From: a virus
Lineage: Duplodnaviria > Caudoviricetes
Strand: one strand, 5' to 3'
DNA: 60,505 bases
Virus record (IMG/VR): IMGVR_UViG_3300010354_000095
Coordinates: 1-60,505 of that record
Part shown: in pieces, positions 36,007-44,859 of the stretch
Layout of the letters: every line of letters starts with the position of its first letter
Numbering within the stretch: position 1 is the first letter of the stretch
Translations under genes and position numbers: made by a program
Notes under the pieces: generated by a model
Databases searched by the model: none
Seen by the model: only the letters and a program-made list of their open reading frames with translations
What the model was told of the DNA's origin: nothing

Positions 36007-36836
36007 TGAACACAAAAGATATTACAATTTTAGCAGTTGACACTTATGCACATAAATTAACTCGTCGTGCTATAGAAATAACTTTAAGTCAAATACCCTG
36101 TCGAGAAGTCTTGGTACTTAGTGATCAAAATATCTATCCCGACGGTCGATGGATTGATATTAATCCTATTGATATCGTCGATTATAATGATATTATGGTT
36201 AAGCATCTATGGCCCTTTGTACGAACCGATCATGTGTTAGTGATACAATATGATGGTATTGCAACCAACGGTCAATATTGGTCTGATGATTTTTTAAATT
36301 ACGATTATATCGGTGCTATTTGGCCTTGGCCACATCATCGACCAGGATTCCGAGTCGGTAATGGTGGATTCAGTTTACGAAGTCGCCGCCTTCTAACAGC
36401 ACTCAAAGATAAAAAAATAGTTCTTAAACACGATCTTCCTATGTATGAAGATTTGTACATCGGGATACACTATAAAGAACAATTGACTAATATGGGCATT
36501 AAAATTGCCGACGAACCGATTGCTCTAAAATTTAGTCATGAACATTACCCGGGACGAAAAGAAACATTTGGATTCCATGGGTCCTTTAATTTTCCTTACT
36601 ATTTAAACGATCATGATCTTGAATTCTTTGTACGAAATCTTCCTGGGTGGACTAGCGAAGGGGCGCAATTATTGATTGCACATCTTTTTGTTAAAGAAAA
36701 AACCGATCTAGGAAATTTTGCATTAGATTTAGCTAGAAAAAGTGTAGCAAATTTTGATGCACATTTTAAAGGTATGGCAGCAAGAGTTGGAATACAAACC
36801 GGTAATCCGTCTCTTTTAAGTAAAATTTACAAATAA
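36006..36836 (+). CDS. DUF5672-like GT-A-fold protein
   Basis: HVLVIQYDG, DFL.YDYIGA.W, VGNGGFSLRSRRL, ED and A.KFS.E...FGFHG. Confidence 0.85.
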   Translation: MNTKDITILAVDTYAHKLTRRAIEITLSQIPCREVLVLSDQNIYPDGRWIDINPIDIVDYNDIMVKHLWPFVRTDHVLVIQYDGIATNGQYWSDDFLNYDYIGAIWPWPHHRPGFRVGNGGFSLRSRRLLTALKDKKIVLKHDLPMYEDLYIGIHYKEQLTNMGIKIADEPIALKFSHEHYPGRKETFGFHGSFNFPYYLNDHDLEFFVRNLPGWTSEGAQLLIAHLFVKEKTDLGNFALDLARKSVANFDAHFKGMAARVGIQTGNPSLLSKIYK

Positions 36837-36839
36837 ATC

Positions 36840-37721
36840 ATGAGACCAAATATTTTAATTAATCGACAATCTTCTGGTGGGGATGTCTTAATGACAACCC
36901 CTATTGTTAGAAAACTTTATCAAGATCATAATGGCGATTGTGATATTGATTTTTTCGTTATACAACAATGTAAAGAATATATTGAAAATAATCCCTATAT
37001 TAGAAAAGTTTATACTGGACTTCCTAGTCAAGAAGATAAAAAGAGATATACCCGAGTAATTGATCTTGATTTAGTTTACGAAAGATCACCTCTTATTCAT
37101 GCAGTAGATGCTTATGCACTTGAAGTATTTGGTCATGCCGATTTTGATCGAAGTCTTGACTTATATTCAACAAACGAAGATAAAATTCGTGTAGATCAAT
37201 TGACCAGTACCATTGGTAATTTTGTTGTTTTACACCAAAGAAGATACCCGTGGCCTAGTAGGAATATCCCGGAAAAGTTTTGGAGAGGTGTAGTAAAAAA
37301 ACTTTTAGACAAAACTGATTTATATATTGTGCAAATTGGGGGGCCAAGCGAACCAGCGTTTAACGGACACGATCGTTTAATAGATGCTCGGGGTTCGTTT
37401 TCTATTCCGCAACTTAAAGAAGTTATTGCTCAATCAAAACTTTATATGGGTGTTGACTCCGGTCCGGCCCATGTGGCTAGTACAACCGAAACCGATATGC
37501 TAGTATTATACACCAGTGTCAAGGAAGAATATCGACGGCCATTGAGATCAAAAGGTCAATTCTTTCCTATCGCAGCCGATATCGAATGCTATGGTTGTCA
37601 TGCAAAAAATCCTACACCGTGCACAACTTTTATTTGTCATCGTGGCGACATTGAATGTGTAAATAGATTTAATTCTGATCAGGTAGGAGATCAAGTGCTC
37701 GATCTATTAGGAACTAGTTAA
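36840..37721 (+). CDS. Glycosyltransferase family 9 (heptosyltransferase-like)
   Basis: R.SS.GDVLMTTP, ENNPYI, R..P...W and MGVDSGPAHVAS; Cys-rich end (CYGC...C...C...C). Confidence 0.88.
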   Translation: MRPNILINRQSSGGDVLMTTPIVRKLYQDHNGDCDIDFFVIQQCKEYIENNPYIRKVYTGLPSQEDKKRYTRVIDLDLVYERSPLIHAVDAYALEVFGHADFDRSLDLYSTNEDKIRVDQLTSTIGNFVVLHQRRYPWPSRNIPEKFWRGVVKKLLDKTDLYIVQIGGPSEPAFNGHDRLIDARGSFSIPQLKEVIAQSKLYMGVDSGPAHVASTTETDMLVLYTSVKEEYRRPLRSKGQFFPIAADIECYGCHAKNPTPCTTFICHRGDIECVNRFNSDQVGDQVLDLLGTS

Positions 37722-38509
37722 TGAAATATGTTAATGATAAAAAATGGGAAGAACTTAATGCACAATTCGTTAACGGTCAACCATTTAATTATGTAATTAT
37801 CGACGATTTCTTTACTAGCGAAGTCTTGGAAAAATTAGTTTTTGAATTCCCCAAAAACTACAATGATCCAATTTGGAATGCACAATACAACAATGCTATT
37901 GAAAATAAAAAGGCATGTAATAGTTGGGATGCTTTTCCACCTATGACTTATCAGGTATTCAGTTACCTATGTAGTGCAGAATTTGAAAATATCGTAGAAA
38001 AAATTAGCGGTAATAACCCAGTATTTGCTGATATCGGTTTACATGGCGGCGGATGGCATAGTCATAGTACTAGCGGTAAATTGAATATACATCTAGATTA
38101 TAGTATACATCCTAAATTAAATTTACAACGGCATTACAATTTAATTGTTTATATTACTCCAGACTGGCAAACTAATTGGGGCGGCGGACTGGAATTTTGG
38201 AGTCACGATTCGGAAACAAATCAACCCAAAGAATGTATAACAGTAATTGAAAATCGTTTTAACCGTGCAGTGTTTTTTGATACAACACAGCATAGTTGGC
38301 ATGGTTTGCCTGAAAATTTAAATTGTCCACAAGGTGTCATGCGCCAAAGTTTGGCAATTTATTATTTGACAGATCCAGGAAAAAATATAGATACAAGAAG
38401 TAAAGCTCTTTATGCACCTTATAAAGATCAAAAAAATGATCCAGATATTATAAAACTTATCGAGATGAGGTCACAGTTAAGTACCGCCAGTAAAGTTTAT
38501 AGAACATAA
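37721..38509 (+). CDS. 2OG-Fe(II) oxygenase (prolyl-hydroxylase-like)
   Basis: PF.YVIIDDF, LHGGG.H, LNIHLD (HxD), WGGGLE.W, FNRAV.F, SWHG and R.SLA.YY. Confidence 0.9.
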   Translation: MKYVNDKKWEELNAQFVNGQPFNYVIIDDFFTSEVLEKLVFEFPKNYNDPIWNAQYNNAIENKKACNSWDAFPPMTYQVFSYLCSAEFENIVEKISGNNPVFADIGLHGGGWHSHSTSGKLNIHLDYSIHPKLNLQRHYNLIVYITPDWQTNWGGGLEFWSHDSETNQPKECITVIENRFNRAVFFDTTQHSWHGLPENLNCPQGVMRQSLAIYYLTDPGKNIDTRSKALYAPYKDQKNDPDIIKLIEMRSQLSTASKVYRT

Positions 38510-38510
38510 A

Positions 38511-39647
38511 ATGAAATTTCATATTTTAGGACTACCCCATACAGTCACCAATAAATTATACAATGCTTGTGCCTATACCCAGAAGGTATGGAAATTTGGC
38601 AAAATGATGAAAGCTAGAGGGCACGAAATTATTCACTACGGGCATCCAGACAGTGATGTTATTTGTGATGAGCATGTTAATGTTATTGGAAATAATGATT
38701 TAGCTATAGCCTACGGAAACTACGATTGGAGAAAAAACTTTTTTAAGTTTGATATGAATGATCATGCCTATCAAACTTTTTATAGAAATGCAATCGATGA
38801 AATCAGTAAAAGAAAAACTAAAAACGACTTTTTGTTACCGTTTTGGGGATATGGACATAAACCAATCTGTGACGCACATAACGATATGATCGTAGTTGAG
38901 CCCGGTATTGGGTATGCCGGTGGGCACTTTGCAAGATTTAAAATATTTGAAAGCTATGCCATTTACCATGCATACTATGGATTAGATGCTGTCGGGAAAT
39001 GTAAGCAAGATTGGTATGATGTAGTTATACCAAATTATTTTGATGTTGATGATTTCGAATATGCTCCTGACAAAAAAGAAGATTATTTTTTATTTGTTGG
39101 TCGGGTATATGATGGCAAAGGAGTAAACATTGCTATACAAACTACAGAACATATTGGTGCTAGATTAAAAATTGCTGGCCAAGGTAGTTTACAGGATATG
39201 GGTTATAAAACTGTACCTTCACATGTAGAGTTCGTAGGATATGCAGATATCGAAACAAGAAAACAATTAATGAGTCGGGCCCGCGCCGCTTTTGTTCCGA
39301 GTATGTATGTTGAACCTTTTGGAGGGGTTCAAATCGAAATGCTTATGTCGGGTACTCCTACTATTAGCACTGATTGGGGTTCTTTCACAGAAAACAATAT
39401 TACCGGGTTGACTGGATATCGATGTCGTACTTTTGAGCAGTTTGTCTGGGCAGCAAAAAATATCGATCAAATTAAGCCCGAAAACTGTAGAAATTGGGCA
39501 ATACAAAATTTCAGTTTAGAACGAGTGGCTCAAATGTATGAAGAATATTTTCAGGATGTGTTAAACATTTATACTGGAAACGGTTGGTACGAACCAAACC
39601 CCACTAGACAAAACCTAACTTTTACCAGTAAAATATTTCCTACATGA
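38511..39647 (+). CDS. Glycosyltransferase family 4
   Basis: VIPN, YFLFVGR...GKG, EFVGY and PS.Y.EPFG....E....GTP.I.TDWG.F.E. Confidence 0.9.
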   Translation: MKFHILGLPHTVTNKLYNACAYTQKVWKFGKMMKARGHEIIHYGHPDSDVICDEHVNVIGNNDLAIAYGNYDWRKNFFKFDMNDHAYQTFYRNAIDEISKRKTKNDFLLPFWGYGHKPICDAHNDMIVVEPGIGYAGGHFARFKIFESYAIYHAYYGLDAVGKCKQDWYDVVIPNYFDVDDFEYAPDKKEDYFLFVGRVYDGKGVNIAIQTTEHIGARLKIAGQGSLQDMGYKTVPSHVEFVGYADIETRKQLMSRARAAFVPSMYVEPFGGVQIEMLMSGTPTISTDWGSFTENNITGLTGYRCRTFEQFVWAAKNIDQIKPENCRNWAIQNFSLERVAQMYEEYFQDVLNIYTGNGWYEPNPTRQNLTFTSKIFPT

Positions 39648-39656
39648 CCAGGAGAT

Positions 39657-39845
39657 ATGAAAATGACTTGTTATTTAACTTTTAGGCAATGGTTAAATCA
39701 AAAGTGGTACGAGCATGTTGACGAACTAGCAAGTTATAATCAATCTATTAACTACGATTTGTCAACCTATTTTTACCGTTATAAATGGTGGCTTAAACGG
39801 GAATACCTTTTCTACAAAAAAACAACACTAAAAAATTTCGATTGA
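39657..39845 (+). CDS. Small aromatic-rich hypothetical protein
   Basis: AGGAG RBS (start may be the second ATG at 39663); TFR.W....WYEH..E...Y...YKWWLKREY. Confidence 0.65.
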   Translation: MKMTCYLTFRQWLNQKWYEHVDELASYNQSINYDLSTYFYRYKWWLKREYLFYKKTTLKNFD

Positions 39846-39870
39846 CCAATCGGTTAGTTCTTGCTACAAT
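39842..39870 (+). promoter_or_regulatory. Sigma70-type promoter, predicted leaderless transcript
   Basis: TTGACC-17-TACAAT with TGn, then 6 nt, then ATG at 39877. Confidence 0.75.
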
Positions 39871-39876
39871 ACAAGC

Positions 39877-40209
39877 ATGAAAATTGTTAAAGAAACTACA
39901 GTTTGGGACGATGGCAATACGCCGAACCATACCTATTTTGTCAACGATTCAATGACAGAAATGGTAGCGTATATTGCATCGGGCAAAATCGAAAAATTCA
40001 CTTTTAAAAAGCCTATCAAATTTGATCGTCGTGGTAGGACTTTTAAAGTGTTAAAAACGGTTGACACCGAGCCCGAAACCATCAAGGTAACAGGTAGTAA
40101 AGGTTCAGTTTATAGTTTAACTCGAGTTGATAGCGGATGGTCTTGCAGTTGTCCAGGGTTTACATATCGAAGCACCTGTAAGCATCTTGCATTAGCCCCT
40201 ACAGGTTGA
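39877..40209 (+). CDS. SWIM-type zinc finger protein
   Basis: V.GSKG.VY......WSCSCPGFTYRSTCKH (CxC...CxH). Confidence 0.85.
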   Translation: MKIVKETTVWDDGNTPNHTYFVNDSMTEMVAYIASGKIEKFTFKKPIKFDRRGRTFKVLKTVDTEPETIKVTGSKGSVYSLTRVDSGWSCSCPGFTYRSTCKHLALAPTG

Positions 40210-40327
40210 CGGGTTATTTTTTCTGTAGTATATTACGGAAATAGTGTGTTTTTACGAATTTGTAGCTTTTTTGCAACAAAAAAGTATCAAAAAAACGGTT
40301 GACCTTGTACCAAACTTTCCGTATAAT
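40206..40327 (+). promoter_or_regulatory. Tandem sigma70-type early promoters
   Basis: TTGACG-17-TATATT (40206-40234) and TTGACC-17-TATAAT (40299-40327); AGGAG RBS before 40359. Confidence 0.75.
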
Positions 40328-40358
40328 AGAGTTTATACAGTAACACACAGGAGCAGTT

Positions 40359-41381
40359 ATGTCCCAAGCATTTATTCGTATCAAAGCCGGTATGTATCGT
40401 AATTTTGATGCCGCAGGCAAAGTTTTTGCGCTCGTCGATCAGTACAAGCGTACCGCCAAAGGTGGTTTTGTTACCGTACTTAACGGCGGTATCTATGACG
40501 GGTTCCCCGAAGAAATTCGTATCAAAGTACAGGGTCCTGGGGACTACGAGTTTGTAACTGGTTCTGATGCTCCTACTACAGTACCTGTTGAAGTCGCTTG
40601 TGCTCAAACCGACGAAGAGCGTATGGCAGAAATCGCAGAGAGATTTGAAATCCTCACTGACATGACCAAAGCGGCAATCACTGGCGAAATCCGTGCAATG
40701 ATTGTGTCGGGTCCTCCCGGAGTTGGTAAGAGCTTCTCAGTTGAGCGCGAAGTTGAAAAAGCTACCCTATTGGATCAACTTGCCGGTAAGCGTCTTCGTG
40801 CCGAAGTAGTTAAAGGTTCGGCCACTCCAATTGGTCTATACCAAACTTTGTACAAGTATTCGGACACGAATTGTATGGTTGTGTTTGACGACTGCGACAG
40901 CATTTTGCTCGATGATGTGTCGTTGAACTTGCTCAAAGGTGCTCTGGACTCAGGCAAGAAGCGTAAGATTTCTTGGCTGTCGGAATCCAGCACTCTGCGT
41001 CGTGAAGGCATTCCCGACCAATTTGAGTTCAAAGGATCGGTAATTTTTATTACCAATCTCAAGTTCGATGGTATGAAGTCGCAGAAGCTTCGTGATCACT
41101 TGGATGCACTGCAAAGCCGTTGCCACTATCTTGATCTTACGCTAGACACCATGCGTGACAAGATTCTTCGTATTCGGCAAATTGCTAAGAGCGGCGAATT
41201 GTTTGACGGTTATGACTTTGATCAAGTGGTTCAGGATGAAATTGTAGACTTTATGGACACTAACAAAAATCGCCTTCGCGAAATGTCGCTTCGTATGGCA
41301 ACGAAGATTGCGGACCTCCGTAAGAGCTTTCCGCTAAACTGGAAGCGTATGACCGAAACTACTTGCATGAAGGCTGCTTAA
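40359..41381 (+). CDS. AAA+ family ATPase
   Basis: GPPGVGKS Walker A, VVFDDCD Walker B, LLKGALD, IFITN (sensor I) and ALQSR (Arg finger). Confidence 0.9.
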   Translation: MSQAFIRIKAGMYRNFDAAGKVFALVDQYKRTAKGGFVTVLNGGIYDGFPEEIRIKVQGPGDYEFVTGSDAPTTVPVEVACAQTDEERMAEIAERFEILTDMTKAAITGEIRAMIVSGPPGVGKSFSVEREVEKATLLDQLAGKRLRAEVVKGSATPIGLYQTLYKYSDTNCMVVFDDCDSILLDDVSLNLLKGALDSGKKRKISWLSESSTLRREGIPDQFEFKGSVIFITNLKFDGMKSQKLRDHLDALQSRCHYLDLTLDTMRDKILRIRQIAKSGELFDGYDFDQVVQDEIVDFMDTNKNRLREMSLRMATKIADLRKSFPLNWKRMTETTCMKAA

Positions 41382-41456
41382 TTACCCCTGCCGTGTGCGT
41401 AACGGGCAGGACGCTGGGTGTAGGCCCAGACCGTAAGACCCGTTCCGATAAGGTAA
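41382..41456 (+). ncRNA. Candidate structured RNA element (unclassified)
   Basis: GC-rich intergenic tract with several complementary pairs: TTACC/GGTAA, CCTGCC/GGCAGG, CTGGG/CCCAG and AACGGG/CCCGTT. Confidence 0.4.
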
Positions 41457-41462
41457 AATATC

Positions 41463-41615
41463 ATGTCGGTTTGGTTGATCTTCAATTTATTTTTTGTTAT
41501 ACTAGGTTGGCGTTGGGCAACCGAGTGTTTCAAAAACAATCAAACTGCTGAAGGTTATTTAAATCTATCTGTTAGTGCCGCCAACGGTGCAGTATTGATG
41601 CTAAAATTCTTTTAA
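41463..41615 (+). CDS. Small membrane protein (50 aa) missing from the ORF track
   Basis: MSVWLIFNLFFVILGWRWATECFKNNQTAEGYLNLSVSAANGAVLMLKFF; TAAGGT RBS; two hydrophobic segments. Confidence 0.7.
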   Translation: MSVWLIFNLFFVILGWRWATECFKNNQTAEGYLNLSVSAANGAVLMLKFF

Positions 41616-41619
41616 TATC

Positions 41620-41970
41620 ATGACCGGATATAAAACTGTACTGAGAATTCAAAAGCTCACCGAAGAGCTAGATACCTTAGGTTTAATGATGTGTAATGCT
41701 AGTCACTACTATCGAGAATTTGGAGATGTGTTAGCAGTAAAACCAAAAGATGCTGTCAGTTTGCCGATCTATAGTCGAGATGCTGAGTTGTTTATTGGCA
41801 CATTGGAATCTCTTGAAACTTGGATTCAAGGGATTCAATGGGCTCGTAAATACGATCAAATGTTGTTTGGAAAAAATCATAACAAGAAACGAGAAAGAAA
41901 AGAGCAAGATTATCTTAACGAACAATTGATTCGAATGATTGAAACAGGTAAAGATACAACTGAAATTTAA
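41620..41970 (+). CDS. Hypothetical protein
   Basis: Tightly packed ORF in the early operon. Confidence 0.75.
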   Translation: MTGYKTVLRIQKLTEELDTLGLMMCNASHYYREFGDVLAVKPKDAVSLPIYSRDAELFIGTLESLETWIQGIQWARKYDQMLFGKNHNKKRERKEQDYLNEQLIRMIETGKDTTEI

Positions 41971-41971
41971 T

Positions 41972-42439
41972 ATGAAGAAAATTTTTTACGAAAAAGTTGG
42001 TCGTCGGTATGTTCCAGTATCTGAATACGACTCGGATTTCAGAGACTCCTTTAGAAAAGGTAATCATCTGGTCATGTGCTACCCAGGCGGTAGCACTTAT
42101 ATGTTTAATATCGATCCGGATAATGCATCGATGATTGCAGCTGGTCGAGTAGCTCGAGATGCTATTACACAAGCTCTAGTAAAAGCTAGCGAAATTCGGC
42201 CTCCAAAGAAAGTTATGACCCAAGCAGAAAGAGATGCTTGGAACAATCTAATAGAAGTGTTCGGTGAGCAAGCTAGAAGTTTAAGTTGGTCAAGTGCCAG
42301 CGAAATTGCCGATGCAGCTATAAATGCAATGATAGACAATGCTAAAGAATTAAAGTATAATCCTGTTGTGCAAAATGCATACGATCATTTTGAATTAATT
42401 TGTAAACTAGCAAAGGAAAAAAACAATGATTACTCTTAA
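41972..42439 (+). CDS. Hypothetical protein
   Basis: Likely start MKKIFYEKVGRRYVPV, directly after the upstream stop. Confidence 0.75.
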   Translation: MKKIFYEKVGRRYVPVSEYDSDFRDSFRKGNHLVMCYPGGSTYMFNIDPDNASMIAAGRVARDAITQALVKASEIRPPKKVMTQAERDAWNNLIEVFGEQARSLSWSSASEIADAAINAMIDNAKELKYNPVVQNAYDHFELICKLAKEKNNDYS

Positions 42440-42983
42440 AGACTGGTTGGAAGTAGTTGAATATCGCATTAGCGAAGGAACAGAATTCTATTGGAAATGT
42501 TTCGGAGACAATGCTTACTGTTTGAGCTACTGGGATCAAGATCACGACGGTCGTAGTCTAAACATTGTCTTTGACACTAAGACACAAAAAGTTTATTGTG
42601 TTGAAGTGTGCGATTATCGTAATCAACGAGCATATCGTCTTATTGATGATGAGTATCGCGAAGCTCACAAACAAGAATCCGAATCACGAAATGTGATTGA
42701 TAATCAGGCTTGGGATGATGTCGATTTTATCGATCTTGAAACCGATGAGGACTGGCTGGAAAAAGCATCATCAATTGTTCAGGGTATCGAGTATGATACT
42801 CGGGTAAGTATCCCGTTGGATATTCCTGAGAATGAACTTATGATTTTGTTTAAAGCAGCACACGAGCGTGATATGACATTTAATCAGTTTGTCGAGGAAG
42901 CTCTTCGAGAACTTATTAAAGATTTCGAACAGAATCCCGATATTGTACAAGCTCGTTCACTAAAGTATAAAAAATCTAATTAG
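42426..42983 (+). CDS. Hypothetical protein with possible C-terminal ribbon-helix-helix element
   Basis: AAGGA RBS; C-terminal RVSIPLDIP...L..AAHERDMTFNQFVEEALR. Confidence 0.65.
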   Translation: MITLKDWLEVVEYRISEGTEFYWKCFGDNAYCLSYWDQDHDGRSLNIVFDTKTQKVYCVEVCDYRNQRAYRLIDDEYREAHKQESESRNVIDNQAWDDVDFIDLETDEDWLEKASSIVQGIEYDTRVSIPLDIPENELMILFKAAHERDMTFNQFVEEALRELIKDFEQNPDIVQARSLKYKKSN

Positions 42984-42984
42984 A

Positions 42985-43233
42985 ATGACATTGCCCGATG
43001 AACGATATCGCGCAGTAATGCAGACAAAAGATTTTTTGTCTGATTTACTGGATACAAAAAAGTATCCTAGGATACCCTTAAAAATTAGGGATCGTGCTCG
43101 TTGGTGTTTACGACACTATCCCAATGGTTGGGACATGGAGTTAGCTTCACAAGAAGCACCTGAAGTGTTTTCCAAACAAATGGATCCTTTACATCGTTTA
43201 CTTGCACAATACGACCAAGAAGTGAAAAAATGA
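42985..43233 (+). CDS. Conserved small phage protein
   Basis: MTLPDERYRAV...FL..L......PRIP..IR..A...LRHYP motif. Confidence 0.75.
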   Translation: MTLPDERYRAVMQTKDFLSDLLDTKKYPRIPLKIRDRARWCLRHYPNGWDMELASQEAPEVFSKQMDPLHRLLAQYDQEVKK

Positions 43234-43649
43234 AAATCGGGCTCTCTTATAGTAGATGTATCCGAGATATTGTTGATGCTCGTGTATGCATCGACGATAT
43301 ATTAGTAATAATTTCAAGAACCAATTTTGATCCTCGTAATGATGATCATTGGTTGAGTATTTGGAATGGTTATCGAGATAGAAATGGTTTCTCTGTGCCC
43401 GAGTGGTATTCCTATGAGGAAAAAGATCAAGATCTTTTTAGGTCTATCAGCATAGATCTTTATGAAACTGGAAAGTTGCATCAGCCTCGCCAATTTGGTT
43501 GGAACCCGTCAAGATTGCCTTACTATTGGTTAGAGACAGTTTTGATTGCAGAAGACTTGGACAAAAATCCTGCGGTCAAATCTGCATGGGATAATTTTCA
43601 ATTGCTAGCCGGCTTGTCAAATTGCAATGTCGAACATAATCATCGATGA
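43230..43649 (+). CDS. Hypothetical protein
   Basis: ATGA-coupled; MKIGLS.SRC.RDIV...GKLHQPRQFG. Confidence 0.75.
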   Translation: MKIGLSYSRCIRDIVDARVCIDDILVIISRTNFDPRNDDHWLSIWNGYRDRNGFSVPEWYSYEEKDQDLFRSISIDLYETGKLHQPRQFGWNPSRLPYYWLETVLIAEDLDKNPAVKSAWDNFQLLAGLSNCNVEHNHR

Positions 43650-43670
43650 TAAAGTTTATCGAACTAAGTT

Positions 43671-43697
43671 TACCCAGCGATTGCTGGGTATTTTTTT
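43671..43697 (+). terminator. Intrinsic terminator
   Basis: TACCCAGC-GATT-GCTGGGTA-TTTTTTT. Confidence 0.88.
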
Positions 43698-43724
43698 GAC
43701 TTTTTATAAAAATGTTGTTAAACT
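43696..43724 (+). promoter_or_regulatory. Sigma70-type promoter, predicted leaderless transcript
   Basis: TTGACT-17-TAAACT with TGn, then 6 nt, then ATG at 43731. Confidence 0.75.
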
Positions 43725-43730
43725 GTTACA

Positions 43731-44855
43731 ATGACTAAAAAAACTTTACCTCACATCGAAGACTATATAGAAGCTCTTGCCGGGTTTGTTAAGATTCAAG
43801 GAACTGTAACGAATTTTAGTTTAGCTCGCTACGATGTACAAATCGTTGCTAGCTTTGCAGATCAGACAACCCAAGGTATTGGATATACCGATAAACAGGC
43901 ACTATTAGCTCACAAACTTGTAGTCAAATATAAAAAACAATTTTTAAAATACGATATCGACATTGGGATGCATGAAAGAAATGGTCATTATCGTATGCCG
44001 GTTAGAATTGTTGACCGTACTAAATCCGTTAAGCTAGTCAATGGGAAGTTGCAGATTAGATTTCCGTACGATTCAAAATTAATTGATCATCTTAAGGAAT
44101 CTGGAAAAAATATTCATGGCGAAATGAAATTTGATAAAGAAACAAAAGTTTGGTTAATGGCTGTAACTGAACCTAGACTTTTATGGGCTAAAGATTTTAT
44201 TGATAAATATCAATTTGATGTCGACCCATCTGTGATCGATTTAATAAAAGAAATCGATATTGAAAAACAAAACCCTCCTTTCGAATTTAAACTTGAAAGG
44301 GTCGATGGGTCATTAAAAATTCTCAATGGTGAACAATCTTTAATCGATTATATTGAAACTAATTTAGGTGGATTTTGCGACGAAAATTTAGTTAAATTAA
44401 TCGATTATAGTAGCGTATTAGGATACACCGTTGACAACGATCTTATTGAATTGTTAAAGCATTTAAATGAAAATCAAATTCGTCTTTTAACGAATAGACA
44501 AAGTCATATTCCTTTGTCCGATAGCGGTATTAAAGATGTTATCGATTATGCTGCTATTACTAATAGATGGCCAATTTATGTTTTCGAAACTGTCGATGTA
44601 AGTCAAGGTAAAATAATTGAATTTTTAAAAAACAGTTTTACTGCCGATGAATTACTAGAAGTTGGCACTAGACAACGATCCTTTGATGTAACAGGAAAAA
44701 AATGTATCTATGTTACTAACTGGCAGTATAGTTGGTCAAACAAAAAAATTCCGATACTAATAACAATGATGTCTGCTATGATTGGTTCTAAGAAGCAACA
44801 CATGCTTCAACAAGCCGATAAGGTTGTGTATAGTACAGATATTTTATTAAAATAA
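43731..44855 (+). CDS. Hypothetical protein with a HARP-like segment, upstream of UvsW
   Basis: IRFPYDSKLIDHLK...KFDKETKVW pattern. Confidence 0.55.
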   Translation: MTKKTLPHIEDYIEALAGFVKIQGTVTNFSLARYDVQIVASFADQTTQGIGYTDKQALLAHKLVVKYKKQFLKYDIDIGMHERNGHYRMPVRIVDRTKSVKLVNGKLQIRFPYDSKLIDHLKESGKNIHGEMKFDKETKVWLMAVTEPRLLWAKDFIDKYQFDVDPSVIDLIKEIDIEKQNPPFEFKLERVDGSLKILNGEQSLIDYIETNLGGFCDENLVKLIDYSSVLGYTVDNDLIELLKHLNENQIRLLTNRQSHIPLSDSGIKDVIDYAAITNRWPIYVFETVDVSQGKIIEFLKNSFTADELLEVGTRQRSFDVTGKKCIYVTNWQYSWSNKKIPILITMMSAMIGSKKQHMLQQADKVVYSTDILLK

Positions 44856-44859
44856 ACAC

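Noticed and set aside
41382-41456. Known self-cleaving ribozyme or tRNA
   Set aside because: There is no hammerhead CUGAnGA/GAAA core and no tRNA cloverleaf or TTCRA loop, and the resemblance to twister-sister loops is only superficial. Kept as unclassified. No tRNA was recognised anywhere in the window by eye.
41475-41503. TTGATC-17-TATACT promoter-like sequence inside the small membrane-protein ORF
   Set aside because: It has a non-consensus -35, lies within coding sequence and may be a by-product of Phe/Leu codons. It cannot be supported without transcript data.
41363-41551. 62-aa ORF from the track
   Set aside because: It has a TTG start inside the ATPase gene and no RBS. The 50-aa ORF at 41463-41615 has a good SD and fits the operon better.
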